Assembly (NCBI GenBank): GCA_947259885.1
Contig: CAMYNW010000022.1
Span: forward strand, 1,871 to 65,870
From: an uncultured Gammaproteobacteria bacterium
Lineage (GTDB): Bacteria; Pseudomonadota; Gammaproteobacteria; Arenicellales; Poriferihabitantaceae
Length of the DNA stretch: 64,000 nucleotides
Direction: 5' to 3'
The first letter of the stretch is position 1. Each line of letters begins with the position of its first letter. This document shows positions 55,801-62,429 of the stretch, one piece after another. The notes beneath the pieces are model-generated. The model was not told the origin of the DNA and did not search any database. It worked only from the letters and a program-made list of their open reading frames with translations. A program made the position numbers and the translations under genes.

Positions 55801-57776
55801 AATAAAAAAGAGGAGGGCGATGAGTTGTAGAATTGTTCTCGGGCTAATGTGGAGTGAACCAGATTGCGATGGGAGATCATCACCCCCTTGGGTACGCCGG
55901 TACTCCCGGAAGTAAACAATATATAAGCATTATCGCTAGTGAGTCTGTTCGGCGCAGGAGCTAGGTTCGGCCCCGCTTCAATACCGCATAACTCGTCAAT
56001 AACAAGTGCGGCGCAGCCCTTAGCTTGTACCCGGGCAGATGTATCCCGATTGGTCACCACCACCGAAGCCCCGCTGTGAGTCAGCATTTCCTGAAGACGG
56101 GATGAGGGGTATTGTGGATCCAGCATCAAGTAGGTGGCGCCAGATCTCAGTACTGCGAGCATCCATACCAGGCATTCGTTACTGCGAGGCAGGCAGATGC
56201 CGACAACACTCCCTGGCATAATATTTCTGGAAAGCAGGTATGTCATTTTGATATGTGACAGACGATCCAGCTCACCATAACTCAGTCTTTCTTCACCGCA
56301 CACCAATGCGGTGGCATCAGGGTGGCTTCTTGCCTGATCCAGTATCAGTTGATCAATAAAGCGATCAGCGTTTAATTCTGCTTCAGTGGTGTTCCATTTA
56401 TAAAGCAGAGTGTCCGACTCTTCCACCGGAAGAAAGGCCAGTTTTTTCAGTGCCACGTTTGCATCCAAGGACAAGCTGATAAGAAAAAATCTTAACTGGT
56501 CCAGCATGCGTGCGATCTGTTGCGCAGTGAACACACCCCTATCGTAGATCAGGATCAGTCTAAGGTCATTTTCTGGCAGAGCAATCAACGCTAGCGGAAG
56601 ATCACTTTGTTCCTTGTATTCGATTTCGGAAAGCGCCAATGAACCCTCGCTGTCAGGCTCGCCGTTGTCGATAGAATCCGAGGGGTAGTTTTCGTAGACC
56701 ACTACCGAACCGAGTAGAGATTGACCTGCGGGGCATTCGCTCCAATGCATGATGTCCGTCAGAGCAGTATTCTCATGCTCCATCACCGTAAGCTGATTAC
56801 TTTGGGTTGCCTGAAGGTAATCAGCCGCTGGCTGATCCCAGTTGATGTGCGATCTCAAAGGAATTGTGTTGATAAACAAGCCGACAGATTCTTCTATTCC
56901 CTTCAGCGAGGCAGGTCTTCCTGATACGGTTACGCCCCAGACAACGTCGTCACTGCCAGAGTAGCGACTGAGTAACACCGACCAGGCGGCTTGAAGTGCG
57001 GTATTTATGGTGACACGCAATGGTTTACATAGGGCTTCTAATGCATCAAAAGTTTTGGCAGGTACCAGGCGTGACGCTTCCTCATAGTCCCCCAACCGAT
57101 GCGAGGCTTCACGCACTCTTTCTATGCTGAGAGTGGTGCGATGATTTACCCCTTGGAGGTACTGCTTCCAGAAGACCTGTTGGGTCTCGCGGTTTTGTTG
57201 TTTGAGCCAGGCGATATAGTTACGGTAGGGAGGCGCAGGTTTAAAAACAATGGATTCGCCTTTAATCAATCCGGCATAAAGTCGCTTGAGTTCCTTGATT
57301 ACGTGATTGGTAGACCAACCGTCGGCAATCAGATGATGTCTGGTCCAAATCCAGGTGTAGCTGCCTTTGCCGGTCCGGACCAAGGTCATGCGCATCAACG
57401 GCGCCTTATTTAATAAGAATTCGGCTTTCCGATCGGATTGTTTTAACTGTTCAAGTTTTGAATCCTGGCTGGTCGGGTCTTCTCCCTCCCAGTCATGCTC
57501 TACCCATTCTAGCGAGACACTTTTTCGGACAACCTGCAGTGGCTCTCTCAAGTCCTTCCATATAAACGCGGTGCGAAATGCACTGTGTCGCTGTATAAGC
57601 AGATCCCAGCACTTCTTAAACGTTTCTGGTGAGAAGCCCTGCTGGTTGACGTTTACTGAGAGCTGCTCAAGATAGACACCTGATTCAGGAGAGGAAATTG
57701 TATGAAACAACATGCCCTGCTGCAGTGGCGACAGTGGATAGGCATCCTCAATATTTTCATGCAAAGGCGCAGACAT
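52014..57776 (-). CDS. Non-ribosomal peptide synthetase, domain order C-A-T-C-T-TE (terminal module lacks an A domain)
   Basis: C1 has 'LSPLQQGMLFH' and 'RHHLIADGWS'. The A domain has 'LSYGELD', 'LFTSGSTGVPKGV', 'NEYGPTE', 'YHTGDLVRY', 'GRIDQQIKIRGHRIDPGEIE' and 'LSNEKLDRQAL'. T1 has 'FFSLGGDSILSIQ', with the Ser codon at 54708-54710. C2 has 'FHHGLVDGWS'. T2 has 'FFDLGGNSLLAVRV', with the Ser codon at 52980-52982. The TE has 'PIFGIHAEGNVLFYRDL', 'LCGMCFGG' and 'SGHHRSIL'. Confidence 0.92.
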   Translation of the reverse strand: MSAPLHENIEDAYPLSPLQQGMLFHTISSPESGVYLEQLSVNVNQQGFSPETFKKCWDLLIQRHSAFRTAFIWKDLREPLQVVRKSVSLEWVEHDWEGEDPTSQDSKLEQLKQSDRKAEFLLNKAPLMRMTLVRTGKGSYTWIWTRHHLIADGWSTNHVIKELKRLYAGLIKGESIVFKPAPPYRNYIAWLKQQNRETQQVFWKQYLQGVNHRTTLSIERVREASHRLGDYEEASRLVPAKTFDALEALCKPLRVTINTALQAAWSVLLSRYSGSDDVVWGVTVSGRPASLKGIEESVGLFINTIPLRSHINWDQPAADYLQATQSNQLTVMEHENTALTDIMHWSECPAGQSLLGSVVVYENYPSDSIDNGEPDSEGSLALSEIEYKEQSDLPLALIALPENDLRLILIYDRGVFTAQQIARMLDQLRFFLISLSLDANVALKKLAFLPVEESDTLLYKWNTTEAELNADRFIDQLILDQARSHPDATALVCGEERLSYGELDRLSHIKMTYLLSRNIMPGSVVGICLPRSNECLVWMLAVLRSGATYLMLDPQYPSSRLQEMLTHSGASVVVTNRDTSARVQAKGCAALVIDELCGIEAGPNLAPAPNRLTSDNAYILFTSGSTGVPKGVMISHRNLVHSTLAREQFYNSSPSSFLLLSSLSFDSSVAGIFWTLINGGKLVISLPRQEQDIESLLHTISTEQISHTLCLPSLYQSVLDHASSSEQKSALRSIQVVINAGEAMPSGEHLKQHRSLLPNAQIFNEYGPTEATVWCAAYDATHHDSSVPVPIGRPIANTRLFVMNPNEQLAPLGASGELVIAGDGVSAGYWQESEATQNAFRRHLCIDQGNTTVYHTGDLVRYLEDGNLIYLGRIDQQIKIRGHRIDPGEIEARILSLPDVRAASIVSVYSRAGAPTLTAFVVMESDEGTIDTLRDTLATQLPSHMVPAQIIELPELPTLSNEKLDRQALAKIAEQHDGNSSPRNGVRQPSSEVQRCLQEIWQTVLGVEQISIDDNFFSLGGDSILSIQIVSKILQAGFKVGPNDLFEAPTIAQLSLRMAPTVTKASNAAWLVTPEEKKRITEEYGEKATAAFPLSDTQAAFLFSHLSRGAADPGHMQIQARIEGDLDLDLLQRCCSEVVTRHDALRTLIHWRDKAEPEQVVYARSEVKISYENVDPNNPMESIDKRLTADRQQGLNLDQYPSWRIFVFQLEQNESILCWSFHHGLVDGWSASIILQEVIEIYQSRLMETVTRLSDPPQFYQYQRWLSQTDLLGVKKHWTNFLGPYAQSRTDLSALSLGQERSRKQVSAEFQISGDTFLRLEDHLAENQITFAQLLQAAWAACLSSASDADLVAFFTTVSGRTAPVPGIDKMTGQFVNHLPVICNQPDEAEFSEFVSQIEKQSNSLRDCEHVSPNVLQNWCVHPLNTIVKTKKGPVGIQSLLMMENFPWQPGKHIDHKHSILITSLQRRGQYTQFSQSGISSNFPLTLVGVPESNALTVSLHFNSAVFNHALGQQLMATVKDLLISWIDSENPAEMMKLARVSRSFFDVDHVQYKEAPNRNQRYAGNTGLERSIVAIWQDILRQRVENVEQSFFDLGGNSLLAVRVANAIEKLLDLKMPLAMLIENNTVESLAKALLKGAESHLQVLVPIQPQGDKSPIFGIHAEGNVLFYRDLSLSLGDNQPFYGLQSPELGDERKRFSSIEEMAASYIKEIKSVHATGPYTLCGMCFGGLIAFEIAQQLMQSGDKVNELFVLDAGGPHLSKLQPSTSENLRSKVRYSRTAPLPIKVIRHLKTGRFLELTKKYISTMPFVYKLTHQSQSKASEQSTGDRTKRMFLYQAFLTRRYRTSEYPGEVTFLYSEQFQNAEKTQYELSLWNAACGGRLESFLVSGHHRSILEAPQVYEIAEIMGNILQANNKYSRR

Positions 57777-57805
57777 GCTTCAGTCAATAGGTGCAGACCA
57801 GACCG

Positions 57806-60800
57806 TTAGGGGTCCAGTAACGACGACAGGTTCTTGAGAGTATCCTCGTCATGATTCAGAAGTGAGAACGGTGTTTGATCCGCCGATTGCTGTTGCTCGT
57901 CAGTCGAGTCTTTTGAACCCACAGCGAGCGCCAGTTGTTGAATGGTCTGGTGCAAAAAGAGCTGATTAGGCCTAAGTGATATCCCTTTCTGGCCGGCACG
58001 AACAACAATCTGAATCGCTACGATTGAATCTCCACCAAGATCAAAAAAGTTATCATGAATACCCACTTGATTGATGCGCAGCGCATCACACCAGATCCTG
58101 GTTAACATTTTCTCATTTTCGGTAGTTGCTGGAATCATAACCTGATCCAGCTTGGGTCTTTCGTTGCGCGGGTCCGGCAGCGCGTTGTGATCTACTTTTC
58201 CATTGACGGTGAGCGGAAAACTGTCGACAAAAACAAAATACGATGGAACCATCGCTTCCGGTAAGCGCGATCTCAAATAAGATTTCAGCACTTCAGTACT
58301 GACTAATGCGTTTCCTGTGTAGTACGCTACCATTTTATTATGCCCTCTACCCTGCAATAAATCTCCATCGTCGTAGCTGATTTCTTGGAGAATCTCGTGT
58401 ACTCGATTGGCATCGATCTGGTCGTTGAGTTCTTCGAGCGCAGCGGTTCTTTGTTTGTGACCTAATCGAACGTCCCAGCTGTAGGGTAACGCATAATTGT
58501 GATAACCCATTTTTTGCTTATGTACGAATATGCCAGTGTCATTAATCAGGCAATTTGTCGATCGGCCGGTATCTTCAGGCCTTGTCCAAGGGGCATGCTG
58601 CTCAAGAAACGCGTACATTGCGCCCATCGAAACATCACAATAGCGATAGAAGTCGACAAACTGAATCTCATTAAAAATATCGTCTGATGCGAAAAGACTC
58701 ATATCCAGACACTCGGTGACTTTGTCCGGAATACGGTGATACACTTTTCGAGCTTCTATAACCTCCCGGTCAATCGACTCAGGGTCGAATTCTGATTGTT
58801 CAAAGACCTGTCTGGTCAGACGGGTTTCAAACATCTGCCCTCGAGATAATCCGGTGACAATAACGGGTATGTCAAGCTTATGCGCATGGTTGATCGCTAG
58901 AGTGTAAATTGTTTTGAAGCAGCCATAGCAGACGCTGGAATGGCGATTAAGACTGTCACTGAAGATCTCGTTCATGAAATCTGTAGTAACAAATTCATGA
59001 TCTATTCCGAGATCAGCAACACTTCTTCTGATGTTTGCCTTAGCACCCTCAGATATGTATCCATTGTCTAAAGTCATCGCGAACACATTCAGATCCATCG
59101 CACATATCTGATACAGAGCATAGGTGCTGTCCTTGCCCCCACTTAACAGCATCATGCAGTCGTATCGACCTCGCTTGGGTTTCGATAATTCCACTAAATG
59201 CGACTGTAACTCAGGCAGTGATCGGAAATATCCCGCCGCAAGATTACGATAACTGTTAAAGTCCTGGCAATGATTACATAATCCGGCGTCATCAAAGCTG
59301 ACACCAGGATAATTCGATGCCAGCCCGCATGATGCGCAATAATGCGGTGTCTGGAAAGTGTCACGATCCGTGTCTTGCAAAATACCGATATGGCAATCAC
59401 TGATCAGAGGGTGGGATTTTACTGCCCGAGAAATTTCAGCGATTTCGATGCGCACCCCGCGAATCTTTAACTGGCTGTCTTTTCTGCCCAGATAAACGAG
59501 TTGTCGGTTTCGGTTGACTCGCGCCAGATCCCCGGTTCTATACATCTTACGGTCAGGTAAAAAAGGGTCTGGAATGAAGCGATCGGAAGTCATACCGGGC
59601 TGGCGCAGATATCCAGATGCCAACCGCCGCCCTCCAATATGGATTTCTCCGGTCACGCCTTCCGGAACAGGATTGCTGGCGGAATCAAGCAGATAGATGT
59701 TCACCCCCTCAGCTGGATGGCCAATGGGCACCGATACGTCGTTATCCTCGCCAGGTACATACTGATGAAGCATGCATCCGACCACCGCCTCGGTAGGGCC
59801 GTATTCGTTGAATACCCTGATACCAGACCCGAAAATACGTTGTGCTTGCTGTGCCAGCGACGTAGTGAAATCCTCACCCCCGAGAATTAGAGTATGTACT
59901 CGAGAGGTCGTCAGGTTCATGCCGGTCAACAAGGAAAGGTGGGCGGGGGTCAGTTTAATCACGTCGACGGTATCGTCTTGCACGACCTTTATAATACTGA
60001 GATCCATCGCGCTGCGATCATCCGGATATATACGGATACAGCCGCCTATTGAGAGCGGTACAAAAATAGAAGTAAGTGTGAGGTCAAATCCTATTGAAGA
60101 ATACAGGGGAAAGTCACAACCCTGTCTCGAAGCAGGCGGCTCTGCGACTTGCCCCTTAACATTACAATAAGTCCGGGCTGCCCAATGAACATAATCCCCT
60201 AAAGCGCCTTGCTGTATGACAACGCCTTTAGGCTCTCCGGTGGAGCCAGAGGTAAAGATCACATAGGCATCGTCTTCCGGACTGATTTCGGGTAGCACAT
60301 CCAGTTGTTGAGAAGCAAAGCCATGTTCAGTGTGGTCGATATTTATGACCGTGCTGCAAATATCTGCCAGGCGGTGATTCTGATCAGAATGGCACAGCAA
60401 TAGCTTGATACCAGCATTGGTGCAGATCTGCTGCAGCCGAGTGTCTGGATTCGCAGGATCGAGCGGTATAAAAGCCGCTCCGGCTTTATGCACAGAAATA
60501 AGAGCCACAAGCAATTCAATTGAGCGCGCTGCACAAACGCCTATAAGCTTCGGTGCATCTACCTGGTTTAGAATCCTGTATGCCAACATATTGCTCAGGT
60601 GATCGAGCTCCGAATAGGATATGGAGCGATCCTGATCAATCACCGCAGGCGCGTCAGGTCTGTGTTTAACCTGGTGTCTGAATCGATTGACTACGCTCTC
60701 GGAATACAAGGCATGCTCGGATTCAACAGTTGATTGGCTATAACTCCAGAACCGGTGCAGCAATTTCTGGCCTTCAGTGTCACCTGTCAATTTAACAGTG

Positions 60801-62122
60801 GAAATATGCTGACCAGGGTCTGATAGCAAGCTCTTAAGGACGTTTACAAAATGAAAAAGTGCGTCATTGCCGCGCATTTCGTCCAGGGTTTCTCGCTTGA
60901 CATCAAAACACAAGCGCAGATCGCCGTCGCCGCAAAGATCAAATAATTGAAGGCGAAGATCGTGTTGTGGATCGATGTGATTGTTATGCAGCCAGTCGGT
61001 TCGACACGGATAAGGGCCAAAATCCGCAAATTGAGCTGTGATGTAATTGAAAATTACGTTGTAGCCTCGGACGGCATCCACTTCACTGTTTGCCGCCGAG
61101 GCTGATTTCAAATGCTGAAAAGTTGCAGCCGAGACTTTATCGTGCAAAGTAACAAAGGTGTCCTCTGGATCGACACTTACGTGCAATGGAAAGACTTCGA
61201 TAAACAGTCCGATAGTGTTCTTTAAATTGATGTTGCCCCGGTTATGCACAGGGCAGCCGATTGCTAATTCTTCATCATCACTGATTCGATGCAAGTAGGC
61301 AAAAAATGCAGTGGCCACCAGATTAAATACAGATAAATCAAGACTAAGCGTCGAGAATTCTGGGCGCCGCGCAAGCGCGTACAGTTGTCGCGTTAAGACT
61401 TCACCCAGTTGGGTTTGAACACGGTAGGCGCGAGTGTCTCTTGATCCGCTCTTATTGTGATAAAGCTCGATCGGAGTGGAGGGGTTAGTCGAGGAATCCT
61501 CAATTGGTGCCGGATTATCCGGGTGTTTGAATTTTTCAGCCGTTCTATAAGATTCGAATTGTGGCAGGACCGCAGCGTCTGAAGTGCTCGCAGATGATTC
61601 TGATGAAATATGCACCAGGTAGCGATTCGATACCTGTCGAAAAATCAGCTCAATGGAAGCGATATCAGTGAAACAATGATGCTGATTAAAAAACCAGACA
61701 TAATGCGAGGTGCCCAGCTTGATCAGCGCGCAGTCAAAATTCACCTTGGATAAGTCTATGATTCGGCCGGTTCTTCGCTCAATTTCATCATCGCAGCGCT
61801 GATCTGCATCACTGAATCCAGATAGATCTATAAATTCAAAGTAATCATAAATGGAACTTACAATCCTTTGCTGTGGAACCTGGTCAGTAACTTCGAGAAC
61901 ACTTCTCATTGTGTCGCTATCTTTGATCACCCCGCTAATTGCCTCGCGAAATGCTTTGACATCAAGCGCTCCATCGATGTCGAACCTCATCGCCATGTTG
62001 TAGAGTGGTGAATCGGGATTCAGTCTCTGACCCAGCCAGACCAGAAGCTGGCTGTTAGTCAGATTACTGCGGGTTGCCAGATCATCAAATCTGGGAAGGT
62101 TTGTAATCGGCTGTTGGGACAA
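57806..62122 (-). CDS. Non-ribosomal peptide synthetase, C-A(interrupted by a PP-loop domain)-T
   Basis: The TTG start at 62122 is 15 nt after the carrier-protein stop. The C domain has 'NQHHCFTDIAS'. The A domain has 'ISYSELD', 'VIFTSGSTGEPKGV', 'NEYGPTE', 'YRTGDLARV' and 'GRKDSQLKIRGVRIEIAEI'. A ~347-aa insert follows, then 'LPEAMVPSYFVFVDSFPLTVNGKVD'. The T domain has 'FFDLGGDSIVAIQ', with the Ser codon at 58025-58027. Confidence 0.92.
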   Translation of the reverse strand: MSQQPITNLPRFDDLATRSNLTNSQLLVWLGQRLNPDSPLYNMAMRFDIDGALDVKAFREAISGVIKDSDTMRSVLEVTDQVPQQRIVSSIYDYFEFIDLSGFSDADQRCDDEIERRTGRIIDLSKVNFDCALIKLGTSHYVWFFNQHHCFTDIASIELIFRQVSNRYLVHISSESSASTSDAAVLPQFESYRTAEKFKHPDNPAPIEDSSTNPSTPIELYHNKSGSRDTRAYRVQTQLGEVLTRQLYALARRPEFSTLSLDLSVFNLVATAFFAYLHRISDDEELAIGCPVHNRGNINLKNTIGLFIEVFPLHVSVDPEDTFVTLHDKVSAATFQHLKSASAANSEVDAVRGYNVIFNYITAQFADFGPYPCRTDWLHNNHIDPQHDLRLQLFDLCGDGDLRLCFDVKRETLDEMRGNDALFHFVNVLKSLLSDPGQHISTVKLTGDTEGQKLLHRFWSYSQSTVESEHALYSESVVNRFRHQVKHRPDAPAVIDQDRSISYSELDHLSNMLAYRILNQVDAPKLIGVCAARSIELLVALISVHKAGAAFIPLDPANPDTRLQQICTNAGIKLLLCHSDQNHRLADICSTVINIDHTEHGFASQQLDVLPEISPEDDAYVIFTSGSTGEPKGVVIQQGALGDYVHWAARTYCNVKGQVAEPPASRQGCDFPLYSSIGFDLTLTSIFVPLSIGGCIRIYPDDRSAMDLSIIKVVQDDTVDVIKLTPAHLSLLTGMNLTTSRVHTLILGGEDFTTSLAQQAQRIFGSGIRVFNEYGPTEAVVGCMLHQYVPGEDNDVSVPIGHPAEGVNIYLLDSASNPVPEGVTGEIHIGGRRLASGYLRQPGMTSDRFIPDPFLPDRKMYRTGDLARVNRNRQLVYLGRKDSQLKIRGVRIEIAEISRAVKSHPLISDCHIGILQDTDRDTFQTPHYCASCGLASNYPGVSFDDAGLCNHCQDFNSYRNLAAGYFRSLPELQSHLVELSKPKRGRYDCMMLLSGGKDSTYALYQICAMDLNVFAMTLDNGYISEGAKANIRRSVADLGIDHEFVTTDFMNEIFSDSLNRHSSVCYGCFKTIYTLAINHAHKLDIPVIVTGLSRGQMFETRLTRQVFEQSEFDPESIDREVIEARKVYHRIPDKVTECLDMSLFASDDIFNEIQFVDFYRYCDVSMGAMYAFLEQHAPWTRPEDTGRSTNCLINDTGIFVHKQKMGYHNYALPYSWDVRLGHKQRTAALEELNDQIDANRVHEILQEISYDDGDLLQGRGHNKMVAYYTGNALVSTEVLKSYLRSRLPEAMVPSYFVFVDSFPLTVNGKVDHNALPDPRNERPKLDQVMIPATTENEKMLTRIWCDALRINQVGIHDNFFDLGGDSIVAIQIVVRAGQKGISLRPNQLFLHQTIQQLALAVGSKDSTDEQQQSADQTPFSLLNHDEDTLKNLSSLLDP
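58337..59377 (-). other. PP-loop ATP-pyrophosphatase-type domain (N-acetyl-sugar-amidotransferase / PseA-WbpG-like) inserted between A8 and A9 of the adenylation domain
   Basis: Spans aa ~916-1262. It opens with a Cys knuckle 'YCASCGLASNYPGVSFDDAGLCNHCQDF', followed by 'RYDCMMLLSGGKDSTYALYQI' (SGGKDS at nt 59126-59143). Later come 'SSVCYGCFKTIYTLAINHAHKLDIPVIVTGLSRGQMFE'. Normal A-domain sequence flanks it on both sides. Confidence 0.75.
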
Positions 62123-62137
62123 ATCGATGAGCTCGGC

Positions 62138-62377
62138 TTAGATCGTTGCGATCTCAGAATCGAGGTAGCTGACAATAGTATTGACGTTACCAAAGTTTTC
62201 GAGGGTCACGTCCTTTGGAGGAATGGTGGTTTCAAGGTTCTTCTCAATAAAACCCACCAAACGCATCACGCCAATAGAATCTATCAATCCGCTGATTAAT
62301 AGATCTTCCTCGGCAGTTATCGATTGTTGGTCGTTTAAAAGCTCAGACTGAATGAACGTTACCAGTTTCTGTTTCAT
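62138..62377 (-). CDS. Free-standing acyl/peptidyl carrier protein
   Basis: The 79-aa protein carries the phosphopantetheine-attachment motif 'LISGLIDSIGVMRLVGFIE'. Confidence 0.85.
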   Translation of the reverse strand: MKQKLVTFIQSELLNDQQSITAEEDLLISGLIDSIGVMRLVGFIEKNLETTIPPKDVTLENFGNVNTIVSYLDSEIATI

Positions 62378-62429
62378 ATTGTGCTGTGTGAGATTAAGAA
62401 CAAAATATCTTTTAACGGGCGCCGCGAAT

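Noticed and set aside
56456-57749. Classifying the first C domain of the 1920-aa NRPS as a dual epimerisation/condensation domain.
   Set aside because: The additional N-terminal His motif (HH..xxGD) expected for dual E/C domains is not visible between 'LSPLQQGMLFH' and 'RHHLIADGWS', so I only raise the stereochemistry question with low interest.
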